In this document: piece after piece, positions 1-8,699 of the stretch
Layout: every line of letters begins with the position of its first letter
How positions within the stretch are numbered: the first letter of the stretch is position 1
From: a virus
Virus genome (UHGV): UHGV-1544975
Strand: one strand, 5' to 3'
Length of the DNA stretch: 31,654 nt
The notes under the pieces: model-generated
Told to the model about the DNA's origin: nothing
Seen by the model: the letters and a program-made list of their open reading frames with translations, nothing else
Databases searched by the model: none
Program-made: the position numbers and the translations under genes

Positions 1-2
1 TT

Positions 3-119
3 CATTATGCAAAAAATGATAATGAAATTGTCATTGTTGGATTTTCAAGAGAACACATACCTTTCCTTTCATCAGATGGAAACAACAATCCGCTTTTTAA
101 TGATGAAGAAGAAGAATAA
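3..119 (+). CDS. C-terminal fragment of an unidentified protein entering from the left edge (ends ...NDEEEE)
   Basis: Open frame from window start to TAA at 117..119, followed directly by a hairpin plus T-tract. Confidence 0.2.
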   Translation, partial: HYAKNDNEIVIVGFSREHIPFLSSDGNNNPLFNDEEEE

Positions 120-140
120 GCCCGCGCTGCGGGCTTTTTT
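120..140 (+). terminator. Rho-independent terminator (GCCCGC-gct-GCGGGC then TTTTTT)
   Basis: GC stem followed by a 6-T run immediately after the stop at 119. Confidence 0.5.
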
Positions 141-171
141 GTGGACGAAACAAAAGTCAGTGCTACACTCA

Positions 172-199
172 TTGACGCCACATTGAGGTGGCTTATAGA
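172..199 (+). promoter_or_regulatory. Possible sigma70-like promoter (TTGACG, 16-nt spacer, TATAGA)
   Basis: Hexamers read directly; the leader to the ATG at 213 would be very short, which weakens the call. Confidence 0.3.
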
Positions 200-212
200 T
201 GGAAATTTCACA

Positions 213-374
213 ATGAAAAAAGCATTTGCTGCACTGTTCGTTTTGTTGTCTCTGGTAGCTTCAACTCAGGCCTTTGCCGGTCGTTGTCAGCACGACAGCG
301 ATACTGCCGCTGACGGCTCCCGCTGCGGTGGGCGTTCTGCGGATTCCCGCCCGGGCGGCGGTGGCATTCGTTAA
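213..374 (+). CDS. Small secreted protein (53 aa) with N-terminal signal peptide
   Basis: Internal ATG of track ORF 141..374; MKKAFAALFVLLSLVASTQAFA is a signal-peptide-like N-terminus with an AxA site; Gly/Cys-rich mature part. Confidence 0.4.
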   Translation: MKKAFAALFVLLSLVASTQAFAGRCQHDSDTAADGSRCGGRSADSRPGGGGIR

Positions 375-396
375 AAACAAGGCCGCGAAAGCGGCC
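369..396 (-). terminator. Terminator at the end of the late operon (GGCCGC-GAAA-GCGGCC; U-tract on the minus strand)
   Basis: 6-bp GC stem with tetraloop; reverse complement is followed by TTGTTTTT; lies between convergent genes. Confidence 0.5.
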
Positions 397-397
397 T

Positions 398-409
398 GTG
401 ACATGTCAC
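398..409. repeat. 12-bp perfect palindrome GTGACATGTCAC, copy 1 of 3
   Basis: Exact match to copies at 17880..17891 and 20145..20156; overlaps the stop codon of 406..702. Confidence 0.8.
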
Positions 410-702
410 GCTCTTTTTCTGAATGATAGCCATTCGAAAAATGATGACATTCCACCGCAGACAATAGCAAAGATGATCCCACCAAAGAAGAGAAGGCCAG
501 CCTGCCACCACTCCCACCGCCATACATCCACAGCGCCAACCATACCAACAATAGCTCCAACAAATGGAATATAGCTCACGATGAAAGCAATGGGGGCTGC
601 AATTATCCAGTGCAATCCCCACCATGATTCAAGCCCAGCCATAATTGCTGCCAACTGAAAAAGACCAACGACGATATAAACAATGAATCCTATAGCTTGC
701 AT
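406..702 (-). CDS. Small membrane protein, about 3 predicted TM helices (holin-like or exclusion/conversion protein; function unknown)
   Basis: 98 aa, three long hydrophobic segments, AGGTGA RBS; last gene of the late operon. Confidence 0.55.
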   Translation of the reverse strand: MQAIGFIVYIVVGLFQLAAIMAGLESWWGLHWIIAAPIAFIVSYIPFVGAIVGMVGAVDVWRWEWWQAGLLFFGGIIFAIVCGGMSSFFEWLSFRKRA

Positions 703-714
703 GTAGTCACCTAT

Positions 715-888
715 TTACCCAGTAAAAATCAGAGGCCTCCCCTCAATAAGGCTTGCAACAAGAACTATTCCCTGCACAACAAAGATGAACCAGCAAATAG
801 CTTGAGTCTGAGGGTTAAGAAAATATTTGTAGCGGTCAATAAATAACAACCCACCAAAAATTATCACACTCAAAATAATTAAAAACAC
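715..888 (-). CDS. Small hydrophobic protein (57 aa, GTG start), two predicted TM segments
   Basis: Hand-translated; below the ORF-track size cutoff; AAGGAAG RBS overlapping the upstream stop; fills the gap between 898..3372 and 406..702. Confidence 0.35.
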   Translation of the reverse strand: MFLIILSVIIFGGLLFIDRYKYFLNPQTQAICWFIFVVQGIVLVASLIEGRPLIFTG

Positions 889-897
889 AACACTTCC

Positions 898-3372
898 TTA
901 TTGCGGAGTGACATCCTGAGGTCGCCACCAGTATGTCTGGTTAAACTCTTTCTTCGAACGTTGCTCCATTTTACGCAAATAGCCTGGTGAAAAATACTCC
1001 TGCATCTGGTTAAAAATCATGTGATCGAGAGCCGCCTTCAAGTACCAGAGATTCGCACCTGGCATCAAACCTTTCCCCAGCTTCACCAGATCACCACCAG
1101 TCTGCTCACTCTTCCCTTCCACAGCATTTAACGGTATGCCCTGAGCAATCTTCACTACGTCATCAACCAGACCAGCTACCGGGCCAAGCATCGACGCCAG
1201 CGCGCCGCTTCCGTACCTAGTGTGATCTGACAATAAAAAGTCACCGTAAAGGCCAAGACCACCACCTTTCAGTAGAGCACCAAGCCAAAATTTAGCAGCA
1301 TCTTCTCCTGTCATCTCGCGAGGATTACGACCAGACGCAAGGTCGTTAAGTTGCTGCGACAAAGCGCCAAGAATGGTCGTACTGGCAATAAACGTCGCAA
1401 TATATGCCGCACGCCCACCAGCAGACGGCATACCCATAGCGCGTGACCAGTGACGCATAACCACCGAGATAGGGAACGATTTAAACAGGAAAACACTTCT
1501 CGTTAATTCACCTTTCCATGTTCCACGCTGAATACCAGAACCGGTTATCAGTTGCTCACGTGCTCCTGGTGTAATAACAGCCATATCAACTTCTTCAGTT
1601 ACGGCACCGAGCAGTTTACGCATTGCCTCAAATTTCACGCGTTCAGGCTCACCAAGATGTTTAACTGCTGAATCAGGGATACGCATAATGCTTTCCGGTG
1701 TCAGCATCGTATTATTACCGTTCCCCCAGTCCTCCTGTTGCGCCAGCTTCCATACGCTCCAGTCTGTGTCAGTAATCCCTTTGCTTTTCAGGATACGAAA
1801 ATCAGAGTCATCGAGGCTACGAAGGTCTGGTGTCCGTGACACTACTTCTCCCAGGCTTCCCATCATGGTTACGCCATAGGCGCGCTTGTGCGCATCTGAC
1901 CATGCTGTAAGCCCACTGGCACGCATTACCGCCGTTGCCGCCCAACGAGACACTGACGGCCCCATATTATCCATCGCCCAGCGGTTAACGCTGCCAAGTA
2001 GAGATTCCATCGCCAGACCAGCGCGGCGCGCCCGCGCAAGTTCTGTACGGTTCGTTGGGTCCATAGCTTCAAGCTGGTTGCGGAATAACTGGTTCATTGG
2101 AAGGTTGGTCACCTTCGCAGACAGATACATGGTTCCAAGATCAGAGAACGATGATAGCAACGCAGATCCGAGTCTGCTGGCAACCAGCCAGTTGCGGATA
2201 TTGTCAGACCATCGCGCGATGTGCGGATTCGCTACAGGCTGTGTCTTTCCGGAAATAAAGTTGTACAGATTCTCTGTGTTGTTCGCCAGCCGCTCGACTT
2301 TACCGGTTTTACTCGGGTTAGCTGTTGCCGTTTCTGCCTTCACCTGATCAAGAAGAGAGCGGAAAACATGATCGGGGTTTGGGCCATATGTTTCCACCAG
2401 TGCAATATCTTTACTGATACCTTCCAGGTGACCGACCATGATTTCCCATAGAGAGCGATCGCCATAAAGTTGCTGATATTGCAGATAGGAATCTGCATCT
2501 TTGAAATGTATCTGTCGTGATGCATTACCACGGTTAGCACGTGCGCCGGAAATTCGCATTCCGGTATCAGTAAGCTTATTCAGCCCACCAGTAGCGATCG
2601 TGTTATAAGCCTCTCCAAGAAATGCAGACAACTCGGCATCGTTCATCAGTTGTCCATCGGCTCGGATATAATATTTGCGATCCAGCTTACCTATAACATC
2701 GCTAACCCACTTATCCTTTGATACCGCCCCAACCTTTTCCATAGAATGATGTTGAGGGAACCCCCAGTTTTCGAGATAGCCAATGTCCCCACCAGCATCA
2801 TTAAACCGGCGGCGCAGTAGATCTGTCACTTCTCTCCACGCCTTAGCACCTTTTCTTGCTTTAGCATTGCCAGTATTTTGCCCTCGCATTTCATATACCA
2901 GGTCACGTACGCCCGCTTCATCTTCAAACAGACCAAAAAAGCGAGGATCAACTGCTTCGAATGCCTCCTGCAATTGACTCAATGCATAATCACGAGTGGC
3001 TTTTGTTCTGGACTCAACAGAGAGGAAATTCGATTTACCGTCTGCATTAAAAGCAATAGTACGGTTAAGAGCGCCAAGTTTCCCATCAGCCCCTTGATAG
3101 CTATTGATAAATTTATCCAATCTCTGACGTGCGGCTATAGTGAGGGCCACACGACGTTTCTTTAATGCCGCTTCTCGCTGTAATTCTTCAGATGCCAATT
3201 GTGCTGCACGATATAGCCGCTCTGATTCGGAAAGTTGTCTCCACGACATCGGGTCATCACGAGCAATGGAGCGCATATTTCGATAAATGCGGTCTTCAAT
3301 GCTCTGTATTTCTCGCGCCGTTAACGTGCGCTGCGCCGCCTGCTGGACCGCTTGTATACATTCCTGTCTCAT
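898..3372 (-). CDS. Large internal virion / ejection protein (824 aa)
   Basis: Size and position at the distal end of the virion module; hydrophobic segments typical of ejection proteins; no specific family recognised. Confidence 0.45.
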   Translation of the reverse strand: MRQECIQAVQQAAQRTLTAREIQSIEDRIYRNMRSIARDDPMSWRQLSESERLYRAAQLASEELQREAALKKRRVALTIAARQRLDKFINSYQGADGKLGALNRTIAFNADGKSNFLSVESRTKATRDYALSQLQEAFEAVDPRFFGLFEDEAGVRDLVYEMRGQNTGNAKARKGAKAWREVTDLLRRRFNDAGGDIGYLENWGFPQHHSMEKVGAVSKDKWVSDVIGKLDRKYYIRADGQLMNDAELSAFLGEAYNTIATGGLNKLTDTGMRISGARANRGNASRQIHFKDADSYLQYQQLYGDRSLWEIMVGHLEGISKDIALVETYGPNPDHVFRSLLDQVKAETATANPSKTGKVERLANNTENLYNFISGKTQPVANPHIARWSDNIRNWLVASRLGSALLSSFSDLGTMYLSAKVTNLPMNQLFRNQLEAMDPTNRTELARARRAGLAMESLLGSVNRWAMDNMGPSVSRWAATAVMRASGLTAWSDAHKRAYGVTMMGSLGEVVSRTPDLRSLDDSDFRILKSKGITDTDWSVWKLAQQEDWGNGNNTMLTPESIMRIPDSAVKHLGEPERVKFEAMRKLLGAVTEEVDMAVITPGAREQLITGSGIQRGTWKGELTRSVFLFKSFPISVVMRHWSRAMGMPSAGGRAAYIATFIASTTILGALSQQLNDLASGRNPREMTGEDAAKFWLGALLKGGGLGLYGDFLLSDHTRYGSGALASMLGPVAGLVDDVVKIAQGIPLNAVEGKSEQTGGDLVKLGKGLMPGANLWYLKAALDHMIFNQMQEYFSPGYLRKMEQRSKKEFNQTYWWRPQDVTPQ

Positions 3373-3377
3373 TTAAT

Positions 3378-5180
3378 TTAACCTCTCAAGAAACACGCCA
3401 CAGCGACATCAAACAGGCTGGAATCCTGTATTGCCTGCTCACTTTCCCTGTTCGCTTCATCCAGTACTTCACGCGCACTGCGCGATTGTGGATTACCATC
3501 ATCATCCAGCACGGTGATTATCATGTCCGGAGATTCAAGCAGCGAGTCTTCAGCTATACGCAGATCAATATCTCCTGCCGGATCTGCCATCATTTTTTGT
3601 TCTGTCTGTTGCAATATCTTACCGGGCTCAAAAGGAGCTACTTCGTCTGGCGTCCTGACCTCTGCTGTTTTATAGAATGAAACAGCCTGAGCATTAAGTT
3701 CACTTTCTGCCTGCTGTCGTCGTGCCAGTTCTGCTCGAGCTTCAAAAAACTGACCTCCAGGCTCGTGCGGCGCCAACGCGTTACGAGAAAATTCCAGGCG
3801 TTCTTGTGCCTGCCGGATTCGTTGGTCAATATCGCGAAGTCTGGCCTGTTTATCTGATCGAGCACGAGATAAAGCCTTACCGCTACCGGTTGGCTCTTCT
3901 GCAAGAATTTGTGCGCGCTGTTCAGTGAGATTTTCAATAATTCGTTGGCTATTAGCGATTTCAGACTGGTAAACCTGTCTATCGCCACGCGACAAAAGCT
4001 GCGCGGCCTGTTCTTCAAGCAACCGATTTTCTATAGCGCGCGCCGTTACTCCATCATCTACAGATGACAGAGCCTCATTAACTGCCTGAGACAGCAGACT
4101 CTTGCGCCCAGGAATTTCACTGAAAGATGCAGACTCAACAATGCTGGCAACGTCTACAGGTCTCCCCTGGCTAACATCAGACATGGCTTTTCGCAGAGCC
4201 TGAATGTGCGAATTACGCGAAAGCACGTTGATCGGAACGCCGGGAGCAATATCAATTTCAGCATGATGAGCGGCATTCGCCGCCAGTGCAGCATCAATAT
4301 CAACTGGTGAAAAATTTGGTGTGCTTGTAGACTCGCCGCGAGAGTTAATAAATCTGCCGACACCACCAAACGCCACCCCAAGAACAGCATCAATAGCAAT
4401 TGCCTGTCGATCCAACACATCATACTGGTTAGCCATTTCGCTATAGCCACCATCACGAAGCGTTTTTGCAGTAAGCCCACGCTGTGCCATACCGAACGCA
4501 ATATTTGTACCTGCGGCATAGGCAATATCTGGCGTTGCACGTACTGCTGTTGCTGCGGCGCGTCGCACTGAACTTTCACCCGTCCGCGCAAGCTGAGCCG
4601 CCACACCTTCCGCCAGCGCACCACCAGCACGTAACCCGAGGCTCATAGGGATCAGTGTTCCGGCACCAGCAGTAATACCCTGCACTAATCCCGCTTCCTG
4701 CGCCGTCCTGAAATCAACACCCTGTGCTGTCAACCGTTCAAACTCAGAAAAACCCTGTAGAGAAGTTACCGCCGCAGCACCTCCGACCGGACCACCGAGC
4801 GTTGTACCGACAACAGCCTGCCCGCCCATATCGAACAACCCATAAAGGACCTGCCCGGCGGTTCCGGTTGTCGCGGCATCAGGCGTCAGCCGCTTAACCT
4901 GCTGCTCTGCTAGTTTTCTCTGCTCAGCAATGTATGAAACTGAAGTGTCATTGAGCGAGGTGTTTTCGTTAACAAGCTGAGCAATCGGTGATACGATTTT
5001 ATCCATCCCTGCCCATAGCAACTGATCTGGCTTTGCCACCAGCCCGGAGTACAAACCAGACAATGCCGCTCCTACAGCATTGTCGAAAAAACCAACATCG
5101 CTGTTAAAGCCAACTGGATTTGATGCTGCTTCGTCAAGCTGCTGATTCTGGTTTACTGGATTAAGGCCAAAGTAACTCAT
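3378..5180 (-). CDS. Internal virion protein (600 aa), Ala/Gly-rich with a coiled-coil C-terminal part
   Basis: Position between two other large virion proteins; 4-nt overlap with the upstream gene. Confidence 0.45.
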   Translation of the reverse strand: MSYFGLNPVNQNQQLDEAASNPVGFNSDVGFFDNAVGAALSGLYSGLVAKPDQLLWAGMDKIVSPIAQLVNENTSLNDTSVSYIAEQRKLAEQQVKRLTPDAATTGTAGQVLYGLFDMGGQAVVGTTLGGPVGGAAAVTSLQGFSEFERLTAQGVDFRTAQEAGLVQGITAGAGTLIPMSLGLRAGGALAEGVAAQLARTGESSVRRAAATAVRATPDIAYAAGTNIAFGMAQRGLTAKTLRDGGYSEMANQYDVLDRQAIAIDAVLGVAFGGVGRFINSRGESTSTPNFSPVDIDAALAANAAHHAEIDIAPGVPINVLSRNSHIQALRKAMSDVSQGRPVDVASIVESASFSEIPGRKSLLSQAVNEALSSVDDGVTARAIENRLLEEQAAQLLSRGDRQVYQSEIANSQRIIENLTEQRAQILAEEPTGSGKALSRARSDKQARLRDIDQRIRQAQERLEFSRNALAPHEPGGQFFEARAELARRQQAESELNAQAVSFYKTAEVRTPDEVAPFEPGKILQQTEQKMMADPAGDIDLRIAEDSLLESPDMIITVLDDDGNPQSRSAREVLDEANRESEQAIQDSSLFDVAVACFLRG

Positions 5181-7690
5181 TGCGGAATATCTCCGGAGAA
5201 TCTCTGACGCTTCTGTGTCAGATCAAGAACAACGGGAGAACCATCATCTTTTAGCAGATAACCAGTACCAAGTTTCACCAGGTACTGACTATCGCCGTAA
5301 CTTTGCAAACCATACTGACCAGGCGGTGTTTTTATCCCTGTGCCAACAACTTGTTCATTCCAAGCCTGATTAACCTGCTTATCGAATTGCTCTGCAGACA
5401 TTCCCCACGGCAAAAGAACATTCCCCATTCCGTTATAGTCATGCACGCCACCTGTAGCTACGTTAACAGCCTGTTTCCAGATATCATTGTCAATTTCGCC
5501 TGATACCACGCCTTTTTTCGCCATCACACCAGCGTAATAGTCCTTTGCGATCTCGTATGCCATTGATGCCCCCTGAGCATCACCAGCAAATGCATCCTTC
5601 ACCATGTCAGAAAACTCAAGGCGAAGATCAGCATCTTTAGGCATCGGAATACCTTTCGCGTCATCAGTACCTTTACGAGCCGCCGCGCCAGCAAGAATTG
5701 TCTGCGCAGCGGTTTCTGGAGACACGGAAACATCCGGATTAAACCAGTTTTTTTCTGCCAAAATACCACCTGGCTTATCCATCAGTATCCCGGCAACGGC
5801 AGCAGATGGAGCGTTGGCACTGATCTGCTGTAGTGCTGACATATACACCTGCCCACCACCAGTGCTCTGCCTGATGGTATCGAGATATGCTGCCTGTTGG
5901 GAAACGGGCGCATCACGAAAGAAAACACCGATCTGATTGGCCTCGTCTTTGGAAAAGAACGTCAGTGGAGTGCCATATGACTTAGCAAGGTCACTGACCT
6001 GAGCAGCACGCAAGGCAACGCTCTGTCCAAAGTTATCCTTATTGCTCATGTCGATAGGCTTTGCCTGTCCGGCGGCAAGAGAGAACTGTACAGGATCAGC
6101 CTGTCGCTGCTTTATCACCTGACTTGCAGCCGACACAACGTTGTCATAAAGAGCGGCTCGTGCCGCATAACCCTCCCCTGTCTCACCAGTATCCGGGCGT
6201 AATTGCTCAACATATGCTGTAATGCTGCTTGTCGGCATGTTGCGGAAAGAGCCTATATACTGTCCGGCGATTTGCGTATTTCTGAACTCGGTATATCGCA
6301 GGTTTCCTTCTCTTACTCCATAAGCTGCAATAAAATCAGCCTCACCAGGTGGGTTAGGAAATTCAACGCCACGCATATACGCAGCTGTCGCATCGCGAAC
6401 CTGGCTGTCAATCATCGTTTTATATTCAGCCTGCTGCTGCCGACGCAGTTGATCCGCCTGTCGCATAAAACTTGCCTGCGCCTCAGGAGATGCCGCATCG
6501 AATGCTGCATTACCGGTATAGCGTTTGGTGTTGGTTGGAATTGTTGATAAACCAAGTGCTGCACTGACACCAGCAGTTAACTGCTGATCACTGTATGGCT
6601 GGCTACCGTTCTCATGATGGATAATGGCTGCACAAAGCGCCTTCAGGGTATCAGGATTAGATGCATCGAGAGGCTCATCAGCAGAAACGCCAAGTTGTTC
6701 GCACACTGCTTTGATATACGACATAGTGTCATTTTTATCAGCAGGCGGTGCCCAGCGATTAATTATCTCGCTGACGGTATCAATACCCTGCCTCTGATAC
6801 GACATCAGGTTCCGCCCTAATGCACGAATCCCGTGTTCAGGTGTTTCGAATTTAGCAAATCGACCATCATCACCGGTCTGGCCTACCCACGGATTAGTTT
6901 TGCTGTATTCGAGATTTCCTGGGTTATTGTTGCGTATGCCACGGGCACGCTCGGAAGAGTCACTATCTGCTACAGCACGGCGAGCTCCAGCAGCAGTATC
7001 ACTTAACTCGCCATTACTTTGGATGAATGCGGTCGCATTGTTTGCCGACCACTGGGACAATGCAGCATCAGCAACCTTCTCTTTAAACTCGATTTTCTTG
7101 GCCTGGATTTGCTCGTTGCTCCAGCCATGTGCAACACCGTACTCCTCAATTTGCTGGAAAGTTTGCTTGTTAGCCAATACGTATGCGGCGTTGTCGCCAT
7201 ACAATGCTGCGGCATTTTTACCATTGTTCAGCAGTGTCGCCTGAAACTGGCCTTCTTCGTAGGCATTAATTTGCCCTATCTCGTGTCGCCCGGCCTGCGT
7301 AGTGAACTGAATGCGCTGCTGCTGCGCCTGCTGCATGAAAGCATTACGAGCCTGTTCATCCGGCAGCGACATAGCCAGTTGTTCGACCTGAGCATCAAAC
7401 TGCTGCGTATACTCATGGCCTTTTCCAATAGCATTTTTCCCTTTCAGGTTAAGCAATCCTGTTTCAGGATTATTCAGCAGATCGCTGCTTATCTGACTGA
7501 GGTTAAGAGATGCCTCCTGAGCCAGAGCGATATTGGCACGCTGTTTTGCCTGCCCCAAAACATCAATTGCCTCTGTCCCTGCCCGAACAAAAGCATCACC
7601 AATACCTTGCTGAGAAAACGTCTGCAAGCCTGCTGACTGAACTCCACGACTCTCAACCTGACGTCCGGATACTGTTGGTACGACTGGCAT
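5177..7690 (-). CDS. Internal virion protein (about 837 aa) with a possible cell-wall hydrolase segment
   Basis: Likely start at the internal ATG 7688..7690 (GGAGG RBS, overlaps the upstream stop) rather than track start 7765; conserved-looking segment GIRNNNPGNLEY... Confidence 0.45.
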   Translation of the reverse strand: MPVVPTVSGRQVESRGVQSAGLQTFSQQGIGDAFVRAGTEAIDVLGQAKQRANIALAQEASLNLSQISSDLLNNPETGLLNLKGKNAIGKGHEYTQQFDAQVEQLAMSLPDEQARNAFMQQAQQQRIQFTTQAGRHEIGQINAYEEGQFQATLLNNGKNAAALYGDNAAYVLANKQTFQQIEEYGVAHGWSNEQIQAKKIEFKEKVADAALSQWSANNATAFIQSNGELSDTAAGARRAVADSDSSERARGIRNNNPGNLEYSKTNPWVGQTGDDGRFAKFETPEHGIRALGRNLMSYQRQGIDTVSEIINRWAPPADKNDTMSYIKAVCEQLGVSADEPLDASNPDTLKALCAAIIHHENGSQPYSDQQLTAGVSAALGLSTIPTNTKRYTGNAAFDAASPEAQASFMRQADQLRRQQQAEYKTMIDSQVRDATAAYMRGVEFPNPPGEADFIAAYGVREGNLRYTEFRNTQIAGQYIGSFRNMPTSSITAYVEQLRPDTGETGEGYAARAALYDNVVSAASQVIKQRQADPVQFSLAAGQAKPIDMSNKDNFGQSVALRAAQVSDLAKSYGTPLTFFSKDEANQIGVFFRDAPVSQQAAYLDTIRQSTGGGQVYMSALQQISANAPSAAVAGILMDKPGGILAEKNWFNPDVSVSPETAAQTILAGAAARKGTDDAKGIPMPKDADLRLEFSDMVKDAFAGDAQGASMAYEIAKDYYAGVMAKKGVVSGEIDNDIWKQAVNVATGGVHDYNGMGNVLLPWGMSAEQFDKQVNQAWNEQVVGTGIKTPPGQYGLQSYGDSQYLVKLGTGYLLKDDGSPVVLDLTQKRQRFSGDIPQ

Positions 7691-8235
7691 TATAATCCTC
7701 CGGGTAATCTGGTTCCTGCTGCTGCCCCGATTGGCGCAGGAGTTCTTTGAGTAAACGGACTCCACGTCCCACCAAACATCTGGTATGCACCGTATGCCTT
7801 CAGAGGCGCAGTGAGCAATGTTGTTGCTGCTCCCACATTCCCCTGTTTACGGGCTGAACTGGCTTCTGCTTTATAGTTGGCAGCCTGAACCTGATAACCG
7901 TAAGCCTCGCGTTGCGCGTTATTCACCGTCGTCAGCGAATCAAGAGCGCCAAACTGGGCAGTGTCGCCAAATATATCCAGCGCGTTACCGGTAGATAAAT
8001 CGGCGCCGGTCGCCCCCATTGTCGCCGCCTGTGTACCAAGCCGCTGTCGTGTCTCTCTGCGCCGTTGCTCAGCTTCAGCGTTACCTCTGTTTATTGCATC
8101 ATTTGCCTGAGCTGTGGCTATATCTGCGTTCGCTTCTGCAACCTTCGAGGCATACTTTCCCTGTTGGTACTGGGTGTATGCCTGAATGCCACTCATGGCG
8201 AGCATTGCGCCACCAGCAATAACCGGATCGCACAT
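7690..8235 (-). CDS. T7 gp14-like internal virion protein B (181 aa)
   Basis: N-terminus MCDPVIAGGAMLAMSGIQA resembles T7 gp14 N-terminus MCWAAAIPIAISGAQA from memory; size and position fit. Confidence 0.4.
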   Translation of the reverse strand: MCDPVIAGGAMLAMSGIQAYTQYQQGKYASKVAEANADIATAQANDAINRGNAEAEQRRRETRQRLGTQAATMGATGADLSTGNALDIFGDTAQFGALDSLTTVNNAQREAYGYQVQAANYKAEASSARKQGNVGAATTLLTAPLKAYGAYQMFGGTWSPFTQRTPAPIGAAAGTRLPGGL

Positions 8236-8699
8236 TATTTTCTCTCCATGTGAAATCTGTGGAAATTAAGACCAAGAGCACCATAAGGCGCGGCTTCTTC
8301 AAGCCTGAATCCAAGCCAGTGCAGCCATGCTTTGGCAACATGGTTTCGCTCGTCGACGTAGTTTTCCAGGCGCGGATAAACTGCCAGCATCTGCTGCAAT
8401 ACAGGGCGGCAGTGGCGCAGAAATGTCTTCTGATATTTTTCAATACGGCTGGTTCCTACCAGCCAGGGCGTACCATTGCCACCGATCATTGACGCCGGAG
8501 ATACACCAAACATGGTCACCAGTTCTCCGTTCGCGAACCCTGACCAGGCCATAGTCGCAGTGCGAAGACCAACGCGCAGCGCATCTTCGGTAGTCATCAG
8601 CGATACCGCATACAGTTCGTCAATATCAGCCTGACGAACATCCGGCAAAATCATCTGAAGATGCTCTTCGGTAGCGGGAATAATTTGAACATCGATCAT
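8235..8699 (-). CDS. Virion-module protein (154 aa), possible GNAT-like fold; internal virion protein A position
   Basis: Segment NYVDERNHVAKAWLHWLGF resembles GNAT motif B; positional analogy to T7 gp13; translationally coupled to neighbours. Confidence 0.3.
   Translation of the reverse strand: MIDVQIIPATEEHLQMILPDVRQADIDELYAVSLMTTEDALRVGLRTATMAWSGFANGELVTMFGVSPASMIGGNGTPWLVGTSRIEKYQKTFLRHCRPVLQQMLAVYPRLENYVDERNHVAKAWLHWLGFRLEEAAPYGALGLNFHRFHMERK

Noticed and set aside
5-211. Minus-strand ORF (68 aa) at the left edge and the N-terminal extension of track ORF 141..374
   Set aside because: Both span the terminator hairpin and promoter-like region; the only convincing coding signal is the signal-peptide ORF from the ATG at 213.
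1886-2347. Plus-strand ORFs inside the large minus-strand virion genes (e.g. 1886..2347, 2878..3165, 3165..3680, 5604..5936, 6203..6547, 7019..7636, 10037..10426, 10727..11431, 15102..15839)
   Set aside because: All lie antisense or out of frame within long, well-supported minus-strand genes, lack RBS context, and have low-complexity translations typical of shadow ORFs.
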